64,000 bases of DNA from Octopus sinensis (Eukaryota): assembly GCF_006345805.1 (NCBI RefSeq), contig NC_043004.1, positions 102,362,001-102,426,000 on the forward strand, written 5' to 3'. The position numbers and the translations under genes are program-made. The notes beneath the pieces were generated by a model. The model saw nothing but the letters and a program-made list of their open reading frames with translations. It had not been told where the DNA came from and ran no database searches. Below are positions 53,771 through 64,000 of the stretch, one piece after another; position 1 is the first letter of the stretch; every line of letters starts with the position of its first letter.

Positions 53771-55055
53771 ATGCCCAAAATAGTAATTCGGAAAATGACA
53801 ATAGGCTGATACGGCTAAGAAACACTTATAACAACAACAAAAAAATAAAAGAATCATTTGTAGAAAAAATCACTCAAATCGCTTCCATCTGATGTATGCC
53901 CTCTTTAGCGTTAAAATGGAAGTCATGAAAATGCAATAATACCTTCCAAATATTATTTTGGGCAAGTGTCTTTAGCCCAAAGTCAGGTCGACCCAAAACT
54001 TGTGATTTGAATTGAACAGACAGGAGCTGTGCGTTAATGTTTTGCAAATCAGTGTCGTAGCCTGGGTATTGGCCACCCTGTACAGTAACCAAATTTCCTG
54101 CCTCTTTCCTTGAACATAACATACCTATTTCTTACATTAAACACACATATAAAGTGACCGCCCTGTGCACTGCGCACATCCCAAGCACTCCAATCACTCC
54201 AAGCTACGACATTGTACTAATGCTGCACATGCATAGTCGTGATATGGTACACCGAACACGTCGCCCAGATCGACATCACCCTCTGGAAATTGAGTGCGTC
54301 AGGAGAGACCAGTCTATTTTATAAATTCGATCTAGATTTCTACTCTAAGAATAATCCATTAGCCGTGGATTCTTTCCTCGCCTCTACTGACTAGGAAACC
54401 TTGTAAATGGCCAAAGTAATAGCAAAACACGTCTCCTAATATAGAAGGGCTTTAGATGATTAGAGAAAATATCCCGTTTCTTCTGGCCAGCAAATAAGAT
54501 GATAGCTATGAGCTGTTGTCATTCTTGTTGTTGTAGCTATTGTTGTTGTTGTTGTTGTTGTTGTTGTCGTCGTCGTCGTCGCCGCCGCCACCGTCGTCGT
54601 CATCGTTGTTGTTGTTTCAGTTCATCTCATATCATCCTATCTTTTCATTATATCTAGAAAGGGAGCGGCGAATTAGCAGAATCGTCAGAGCATCGTACAA
54701 AATTCTTCAAGGTATTTCTTCAGGCTCTTCACATTCTGAGTTCAGATCCCGTCGAGGCCATCTTTACATTTCTTTCTTTCGGGCTCGAAATAAAACAAAC
54801 AAAAAAAAAAAAAACAAATGTGATACCAGTCGGGTACTGAGGTCGATAGTCTCGATTAACCGCCACCACTAGCACCTTCCAATTGCTGACGTTGTGCCTA
54901 AATCAGAATTCATTATATATCTAAAACAAATTAAACCGACTTGTCTTTCCTTTTTAAAACACTAGGGCATGTATGATCTGCTGGAGATTTCGATCCCAAT
55001 TCGACTAGGTCGAAAAACAGGTAGAGGCGATTTCATTGCCCCGGGTCAGATCATT

Positions 55056-55453
55056 CTCTTTCTCTTTTACCTGTTTCAGTCATTTGACTGCGGCCATGCT
55101 GGAGCACCGCCTTTAGTCGAGCAAATCGACCCCGGGACTTATTCTTTGTAAGCCCAGTACTTATTCTATCGGTTTCTTTTGCCGAACCGCTAGGTGACGG
55201 GGACGTAAACACACCAGCATCGGTTGTCAAGCAATGCTAGGGGGACAAATACAGACACACAAACATACATATATATATATACATATATACGACAGGCTTC
55301 TTTCAGTTTCCGTCTACCAAATCCACTCACAGGGCATTGGTCGGCCCGGGGCTATAGCAGAAGACACTTGCCCAAGGTGCCACACAGTGGGACTGAACCC
55401 GGAACCATGTGGTTGGTTAGCAAGCTACTTACCATACAGCCACTCCTGCGCCT
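55056..55453 (-). mobile_element. SINE family A (young subfamily)
   Basis: Full-length homology. Confidence 0.9.
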
Positions 55454-56220
55454 AGGTAATAATGTTCTACAACTTAGAATGAAATTATGGATATAGCAAA
55501 TTTTTTAATGTACGAATAGCGGTGTAATGGAGACAGTTTAGAAGTTAATAAGTAGGCGCGAACCTTCGGTGTCTTATGACGAGGCTGTTACATTCATTAG
55601 AGAGGTAATGTGACAAAACAAACAGTTATCATGAGAGAAATGTGTATAATATTTCTTGTAAATTCATAACGTTCCCACCCATTGGTATAGATGTGTTCGT
55701 GGGTATGGTGGGGGTTGGGATTAATTGATTAAAGATCCAGTCTTTACTCCCTGGAGCATCGCATGAAAGTATATAAATAAAGATAGAGAGAAAGAAAGAT
55801 ACACGTCTTGGGAGTGGAAACTGCTAGACGGAAACTCTGCGGAAGCTAATGCCGTGTATGTGTGTGCGCGCGCGTGTGTGCGTGTGTGTGCGTGCGTGTC
55901 TGTCTGTGTGTGTTTGTGCGTACGTGCATATTGTGTTGTGTATGTGTGTACATGCACACAGATGTGTATACAAACATATGCATATAGACACAAAATATCA
56001 TACACACGCGTACACATTCATATGCGATTATGTGAGCAAGTAGAGCAAAAAAAAAAGAACTCGACACATGAAGGAGAGTACATAATTATTGGAAAACACT
56101 GCCAGAGTGAACTTTCAGACGAGTAATCTTTTATAACGTTTCTTGGAGAATCGACGGTGAAACTACGAGAAACGCTAGAGCTGATTAATCTTTTTCTCTT
56201 CCATTTTTTCTTTTCCGTTT

Positions 56221-56256
56221 TCTTCTGATGAACGACAAGCGTCCGAAACGTGGAGA
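56221..56256 (+). ncRNA. Degenerate hammerhead motif, H2-like
   Basis: UCUU CUGAUGA A CGAC AAGC GUCC GAAA CG UG GAGA. G10.1 and H17 are mutated. Confidence 0.45.
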
Positions 56257-56591
56257 CCCTTTCCCTTCTTTTTTCTGGGTTAACGTAATACAACATTTGT
56301 TACAGCTTGTTTCTCCCGTGCTGTCTTCATTTTATGCACATTGTCTAAGAACCGCTAAGTTATGGGGACGTAAACACACCAACATTGGTTGTCAAACCCT
56401 GGGGGAGGGACATACACAGACACAAAGCCACACACATAAATATATACATTTATATACGACGGGCTTCTTTCAGTTTCCGTCTACCAAATCCGCTCACAAG
56501 GCTTTGGTCAGCCCGAGGCTATAGTAGACGACAATAGCCCAAGATGCCACGTGGTTGGGAAGGAAGCTTCTTACCACGCCTGTGCATATAT

Positions 56592-56626
<35 letters not shown>

Positions 56627-56647
56627 TTAATATATATATTATATTAT

Positions 56648-56932
56648 CACGTGATCACGTGACCGACCATCAGATGTTGTTACACATCGCTGATCACAAT
56701 GCGTTCGCATTGTTTTAGCCTTCAAATGATGCCACCCCTGGCTAAGCGAGCAGGCCAACAGATGAAAGAGTGGGAAAGAGTACAGCAGGAATCACCATCC
56801 CCTGCCGGAGCCTCGTGGAGCTTTTAGGTGTTTTCGCTCAATAAACACTCACAACGCCCGGTCTGGGAATCGAAACCGCGATCCTACGACCGCGAGTCCG
56901 CTGCCCTAACCACTGGGCCATTGCGCCTCCAC
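56648..56932 (-). mobile_element. SINE family C head with a different 3' tail (type 2)
   Basis: Head and central region as in 6174-6527, but the 3' ~120 nt are unrelated (ends gatggtcggtcacgtgatcacgtgat). Flanked by atattatatta repeats. Confidence 0.85.
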
Positions 56933-57200
56933 ATATTATATTATATTATATTATATACATTCATACATACATACATACATACACATAAATGTATGTATGA
57001 TTACATATATGTATGTATATATTGGATGCAATGTACAATAGATTCTTAAATTCTTGATGTACTAAAATTCCCTTCTATGTTAGAGCAGAAAATAAAAATT
57101 AGCAGTAATTTGTTAAAGACTCTGAAGGACAAGAGGAGATAATTTTGTGAAATGAATATACTAGAAAAGCAATTTCATTTTTGTCTACGATATAGAGCGA

Positions 57201-57243
57201 AATATGGACATATGTTTCGGTTTGTTTGACCTCATCAGTATTG
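57201..57243 (-). ncRNA. Hammerhead motif, core intact, weak stem I
   Basis: CAAUA CUGAUGA GGUC AAACA AACC GAAA CAUAUG UC CAUAUU. Palindromic ACAUAUGU stem III, GUC triplet. Confidence 0.5.
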
Positions 57244-57488
57244 TACAATGTAACCGAGTCTGCAGATCAGAGAATATTCACAAAACACAGTTATGTATAT
57301 TTCCGGCCAAGGCTAACTGACACAATTAGAAATAAAGAGAGCTAAGTGGTCGAAGAGACCAACAGAAATGGTTTAAACAAAAATCACCAATAAACTAGGC
57401 ATCTATTTAGTACGGCCGTCAGTACACCACTGTTTAAGAGTAATTATCCAAACAGCGATATTTCCTGTTATACAAAGACACACACACA

Positions 57489-57523
<35 letters not shown>

Positions 57524-57610
57524 CCACCATCATCATCATCATCATCATCACTACCACCATCATCATCATCATCATCATCATCATCTCATCATCATCATCA
57601 CATCATCATC

Positions 57611-57649
<39 letters not shown>

Positions 57650-57874
57650 CCACCATCATCATCATCATCATCATCATCATCATATATTATGTATGTATGT
57701 ATGTATGTATGTATGTGTGTGTGTGTCTGTGTGCATGTGTCTTTTCCTCCTTTTAAACTGGTGAGGCGTAATTTGAGAGAGATTTGAGTGCTATTTCCAG
57801 CATTCAGACTTCCACTTATAGTCTGTCTTATTTAATCTCTTCCGTTATCGCATTTGGCTCTCTCATTAGATCAT

Positions 57875-58385
57875 TGTGTGTGTATGTGCGTGTGTGTGTG
57901 TGTATATATATATATATATGTGTGTCTGTGTGTGCGTGTGTGTGTGCGTGTGTGTGCGTGTGCGTGTGTGTGTATGTATATATATATATGTCTGTGTGTG
58001 CGTGTGTGTGCGTGTGCGGTGTGTGCGTGTGCGTGTGTGTGTATGTATATATATGTGTGTCTGTGTGTGCGTGTGTGTGTGTGCGTGTGTGGTGCGTGTG
58101 CGTGTGTGTGGTGTATATATATATATATGTCTGTGTGTGCGTGTGTGTGCGTGTGCGTGTGTGTGCGTGTGCGTGTGTGTGTATGTATATATATGTGTGT
58201 CTGTATGTGCGTGTGTGTGTGTGTGTATGTATATATATATATGTCTGTGTGTGCGTGTGTGTGCGTGTGTGTGTATGTATATATATATATGTCTGTGTGT
58301 GCGTGTGTGTGTATGTATATATATATATGTCTGTGTGTGCGTGTATGTGCGTGTGTGTATGTGTATGTATATATTTATGTATATG
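57875..58385. repeat. Higher-order minisatellite built from microsatellite motifs (~40-60 bp units)
   Basis: Recurring gtgtatgtata(ta)n tgtctgtgtgtgcgtgtgtgtgc unit. Confidence 0.75.
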
Positions 58386-59176
58386 TGAGTGAGTCTATGT
58401 ATGTAAGTATGTATGTATGTACGTATGTATGCATGTATGCATGTATGTATGTATGTATGTATGTATGTATACATGTATGCATGTATGTATGTATGTATGT
58501 ATGTATGCATGTATGCATGTATGTATGTATGTATGTATGCATGTATGTATGTATGTATGTATGTATGTATGTATGTATGTATGTATGTATGTATGTATGC
58601 ATGCATGTATGTATGTATGTATACACGTGTAGAGCGTGTTCACGTAGTGTTTACTACGAGCTAGAAAGGGTTTAACACGCAACGTGACCCTGCGAAACTG
58701 ACACCATCTGGTTACATAACGCATTTCCTTTTCGTCTACAAATGCCGAGGGAGAATGTAAGAAAGCCTGACTGATATACCGGACCGGTTTTGAATGTTTG
58801 CTAAACGGAACAACTTAACTATTTGCGTGAATGTGTATATGTGTGTGAAGGTGTCTGTGTATAAGGGGGTGTTGGTTCGTCTGTATATGAATGATCTTAC
58901 GTGTGTGCACATGCGTGCGTATGTGCACGTGTACGAGCATACATATTAATGAATTGTGCTCCGAAGTGTGTATAAATTACAATGCATTGCTATATTCTCT
59001 TGCCTGTTGTCTATAAATATACGGATCTATGCATGTATGTGCGTATATGTGTGTATGAATGTATGTATGTTTACATATGTATACATATACACGCATACAT
59101 ACAGACATACATACATACATGCATACATACATACGTACTTACATACATGCATACATACATACATGTCTCTCTCTCT

Positions 59177-59221
<45 letters not shown>

Positions 59222-59499
59222 ATATATATTATATATATATAAATTATAATAAAGGGTATCTAAAAGATACCACCATGCTAAATATAGCAGTCAAAACTTG
59301 ACTCTAAAACCTCATCAAGTATTCATACAGCATCAGAAGAGAAGATAAAGAAACGAAATAAACTAGCAAAAAATTATTGGATAATTCCAGATCCCGGATT
59401 TATATAAATGTTGCTATATTTATATATTGATAAAAATGGTAGGACAACAAAAGAAAGAAAGAGACATCGATATTATGTAAATAGAGGAATGTATCTGTA

Positions 59500-59632
59500 A
59501 ATGTAATATCTGACAATTATTCGGTAGCCATGATGGCCGGATAACTGAAGAGATGGCGGCGTGGATTTCCACATCGGCATCCGAAACTCGGAGTTTTTTC
59601 ATGGCTACCGAATAATTGTCACATATTACATT
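59500..59632 (+). ncRNA. Hammerhead-like motif enclosed by a ~34-bp near-perfect inverted repeat
   Basis: aatgtaatatctgacaattattcggtagccatga / tcatggctaccgaataattgtcacatattacatt flank CUGAAGA - 13-bp stem II - C GAAA CUCGGAG UU. Confidence 0.6.
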
Positions 59633-59654
59633 AACACACACATACACACACACA

Positions 59655-59747
<93 letters not shown>

Positions 59748-60199
59748 ACCCTCCTTCTTTCCTGAGCGTCCAATAATACTATATTTGTTCCACGTCCTCA
59801 CGTTGTTGTGTTTTTTTGTGCTTTCATGTTTGGATTGGATTATATAAAACATGGAAAATGCGAGCAAGAGAAATGATATATTTAAGATTATAAACCTGGA
59901 AAATTACAGGACAAGTTATTACATCAGTTGATTCATGATTTCAAAGAAGCCTTTGTCACTTCCGAAGTCTGGAAACTCTACTGATATAATTGAGACAATT
60001 TGATTTAAATGGATTTTTGTTTTCAGTCATATCACAAGGCTTGCATGAAGAAAGCATATTCTCTGCGTCTCTGTGTTGTACTTGTCACTTCGTGATGCGT
60101 ATCGTTTTGATGCGCCGTTGTCTAAAAACCCTGACTGATAAATCTTGTTGGTCATTTAGGATGCTAACCTGAGATTCTGACTCATATAATCTGTCTCTC

Positions 60200-60520
60200 C
60201 TACAAAAAAAGCCGAACAGTATGCTCCTCTATTTTGCACACATTGATCCTGTCACCGAATACAATATATTTCATTCTTCCGAAGTTGGTAAAGTAAATAC
60301 CAGTCAAGTGCTGCAAGTTGACCACTGGTCATTCCTGTACACCTGTCACTCATCCAGTTATCAATCCATTTTTGTGTTACCACACAAACATGATCTTTCA
60401 AATCATAATGACAACCCTCAGGGCACCAAACTCGGCCAATATTTTACCCTTCAGACATTAAGCAACAAGTTCAGGCTGAATATCAAGTACATTGCTCTCA
60501 TGTCTTGGAAAGCCTACAAA
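60200..60520 (-). mobile_element. Highly degenerate CR1-like RT fragment
   Basis: Translates in part to WIDNWMSDR, resembling the WIxNWLxDRxQRV motif upstream of GVPQG. Confidence 0.4.
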
Positions 60521-60794
60521 TAACATGGATGCCGCCCTTCCTTTTCCGCTATCGAGGTTTCAATATTCAATGTCTCTTAATCGCTTGAACAGATGTCTTG
60601 ATGTCTTACGTAACAGATGTATTACAACACAGATAACTGTTATATGCATATCCCATAGATGTGAAGTGCAAGATAAACCACAGAAAAAAAAGGTAGCGTT
60701 AGAAAGAAGGGAGCTGAAGTATTGAATTAAAATAAAACAGAAACGAAACGGTGAAGACCATGATAATCTATTGAATCTTCGAATGCGATCTTAC

Positions 60795-60824
60795 GTGAGC
60801 GCCATTGCGTGATTATTCGACTTG
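60795..60824 (-). CDS. Candidate 30-nt micro-exon
   Basis: tttcgctactatttccatccag| CAAGTCGAATAATCACGCAATGGCGCTCAC |gtaaga. Length divisible by 3, two open frames. Confidence 0.3.
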
Positions 60825-61514
60825 CTGGATGGAAATAGTAGCGAAATCTCACTTATATTGCAATGTACCGATTTAAATGATAACATTACACATTAGATAA
60901 TGTAATTACGGCTATATTCACACGACATTTCACTTAGGACCACATTACGTAGTTACTTTCCTTTCGATTCTAGTTTTAGTTAAAGCTTTTAAAGTATAGA
61001 AAAGCGAAATAAACTTTCCTTTGTGTGTGAATGAAAATAAAAGTTGGAATGATCTTTCAGACTTAAGATCTTCGACTGCAGATGTCGTGTATTGAAATAA
61101 TTCCTTTTGGTCGGAATATCGAAAATGCAGAGTTACATTAAATATACAATATATCTCTATTGAACAATAAAAAAAATTGAAGGTTACTTTACTCAAGCTC
61201 TGTGTGTGTGTGTGTGTGTGGATTTCTTACAAACATTTATCAGATTATTTTGAAAAATATCGCATGGCAGACTTCGAGTTATGAATTTTGTGTCACAGAC
61301 AAGAACATAGATTCAACAATTTTTTTTTCCGGTTTCCTATAACCATTCTGACATCGAACGAAAAAGATGTGATAGCACTCGCATAACCTACTTACTTCCT
61401 CCAAACAAAATTTTAACCCTCTGTCATATTATATACGGTACATGAATACATATACGTGTCTACATGCATGCGTGTATAACACACACACACACCACTATAC
61501 ATTCACAAATATAC

Positions 61515-61566
<52 letters not shown>

Positions 61567-61598
61567 ATAATATATATTATATATATATATATATATAT

Positions 61599-62012
61599 AG
61601 GCGCAGGAGTGGCTGTGTGGTAAGTAGCTTGTTTAACAACCACATGGTTCCGGATTCAGTCCCACTGCGTGGCATCTTGGGCAAGTGTCTTCTACTATAG
61701 CCTCGGGCCAACCAAAGCCTTGTGAGTGGACTTGGTTGACGGAAACTGAAAGAACCCCGTCATATATGTGTATATATATATATATATATGCGTGTGTGTG
61801 TTTGTGTGTCTGTGTTTATCCCCCTAGCATTGCTTGACAACCGATGCAGGTGTGTTTATGTCCCCGTCACTTAGCGGTTCGGCAAAAGAAACCGATAGAA
61901 TAAGTACTAGGCTTGCAAAAAAATAAGTCCCGGAGTCGAGTTGCTTGATTAAAGGCGGTGCTCCAGCATGGCCGCAGTCAAATGACTGAAACAAGTAAAA
62001 GAGTAAAAGAGT
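61599..62012 (+). mobile_element. SINE family A
   Basis: Full-length homology. Confidence 0.9.
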
Positions 62013-63010
62013 ATATATATACACACACACATACATACATGCATACACAATTGCACACACGCGTGCGCGTACGCACACACGGGATTAATTGATTACAATC
62101 TACTTACTGCTTCCAAACAAATTTTTAAACCCGATGTTGTATTATATAGTGTTTGTCCGTATGTCTATACATATTATATAAAACATATCAGATATCAAAT
62201 GATATATTCAAATTCATACATTATATATCTATATATCATACGTTGTGTGTGTGTGTGTGTGTATTTAGTACATATTTTATGTACGAAATATTAGTAGAAA
62301 GTTCTCTGGCCAGGACTAACAAATTGTACACTAGTAATTCAATAAATAATGTTTTACATAAATTATTTGTATTTGGCACCCACTCCTTCGAAATAATCCT
62401 CTTGAGAACGTACAGACCGATTCCAGCGAGCCCTCCACACCTTAAATTCAGCGTAGAAGTCCTTCTTTCAGAAGTACGTCTAAAATCGCTTGAGGTTGAG
62501 ATTTCCGTTTGAATTTCATCTACCGTCTATTCAACTTCAATTTTATTTCTGCAAAAAATACTTCAGTTACTTAAGACAAGTGGAAATACGAAACTTAGGT
62601 AAACTCCCTGTTAAAGTAATGTATGTGTGTGTACTAATCTTTGTTTTATATATAGTTGTATATATATATATATAAGCAGTTACATATTACATATATTAAC
62701 TGAAGGCTCACTCGATACCTTCCAGTAGTATCATGTTTAATGTTTTTCAACGATGGAAAAGGTTGACAGTTACGTCAAAGTTTTAGCTTAGTTTCTTTCG
62801 TCAGTCTGACTAAAATGAACGCGCGAATCTTTTTGAAAAATAGAAGTATATATAAGTGCACGTGCCTGTGTGTGTATACCTCTGTGTTCACATGTATGTG
62901 CCTGTGTGTGTATGTGCCTCTATGTTCACATGTATGTGCCTGTGTGTGTGTGTGTGTGTGTATGTATGTGTCTCTATACGTGTGTATCTATCTCTGTACG
63001 TGTGTATGTC

Positions 63011-63076
<66 letters not shown>

Positions 63077-63248
63077 AATATAAAGTTAAAGGAGCGTGTC
63101 AACAGTGATCTGCTGAGGTTTATTTTGGGCTTCGATGATAACAGCGCGTTTTTTTGACGACTACTTTCAGGCATGACATTACGGTCAAATTCAAAGTAGG
63201 TATTGTTCTGGCAGCACTACGGGAAAACATTGCCGGTCCGAGATTGGG

Positions 63249-63333
63249 TCAACAGGTATTACAGTCTGTGCTGTGGTCTGAGCCGAGAACAACGTAACCG
63301 CCCTTCTTGCTCTTCTTGTTGGAGAAGAGGAAT
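63249..63333 (-). CDS. Candidate terminal coding exon (FLFSNKKSKKGGYVVLGSDHSTDCNTC*)
   Basis: Long pyrimidine tract + tggcag| acceptor at 63334, stop at 63249-63251, AATAAA at 63119-63124 (minus). Protein not recognised. Confidence 0.35.
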
Positions 63334-64000
63334 CTGCCACAGAAAGAGAATGTGAAACGATGGAAGGAAGTGATGAGAAAGGTGGGTGTGAGTAACCCAG
63401 CTTAATCATAGAAGAAAGGAAAAATTAGTTGCTGGGCCTTATAGGCTGCCGGGTTCAAAATTTGGAACCTGCATTTCACCCCTTTTCGTTTTAGCATATG
63501 TCATGTTTTCTATTTTATTAAAAAAAACACACACACAAAAGTTCTCGTTGTAAAGGCAAAAGTAAGCCAATGATTCGTTTAAAGGCAAAAGTAGGCCAAG
63601 TTTTCGTTTATGTCATATTACAACTAAATTTTTAAGTCTCATTCGAACTCATATAACATTCTTTGTATTTGTCTGTCTTGTTATGTCCCAATCTATGTAA
63701 GATCGCATGATTGTAATAAAGATTTTGCTCTTGTTCAGCGTCTAGAGATTGTTGAGTCGTATTTGCTGGACGGCCATTATCGTACGTGAAACTGATATGG
63801 CTACAATCCGTGCCTGTTAAAAATACCAGTGCATGACAAGTTGTTTTATACCCGAAAAAAGTAATACTTTGTTTCATTGAAATATAGGTGTATATTCAAG
63901 AAAGAATTGGGTAAAAGGAAAATGATGTTGAAATTCGTGTCCGAGTACAAACAAGGACGATTTCCAAGTTGTTTATTTCTGTATATAACATTATAATATA

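Overview
Repeat-saturated, AT-rich eukaryotic genomic DNA. It is most likely an octopod cephalopod (inferred from the tRNA-derived SINE families and extreme microsatellite load). No host protein-coding gene can be called confidently. Most long ORFs in the track are microsatellite, SINE or gap artefacts, and only four isolated splice-site-bounded exon candidates were found. Supported features: about 20 copies of three tRNA-derived SINE families (several with TSDs); three ~395 bp non-autonomous Helitrons plus a decayed autonomous Helitron (PIF1 helicase); Mariner transposase and MITE relics; CR1-clade and R4/Dong-clade LINE fragments; a Penelope-like GIY-YIG fragment; a U6 snRNA pseudogene; and a 100-N gap. 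The unexplained signal is RNA-structural. About ten minimal type I hammerhead-ribozyme (HHR) motifs, from several sequence families, are scattered through the window. Two sit inside fold-back palindromes (11.7-12.1 kb and 59.5 kb). Two form a head-to-tail tandem with cleavage sites 372 nt apart, fused directly behind the U6 copy (39.9-40.65 kb), which resembles a U6-headed retrozyme/Penelope-LTR chimera. Several 130-700 bp near-perfect palindromes are also present. All alignments and folds were done by eye, so boundaries of degenerate elements are approximate.
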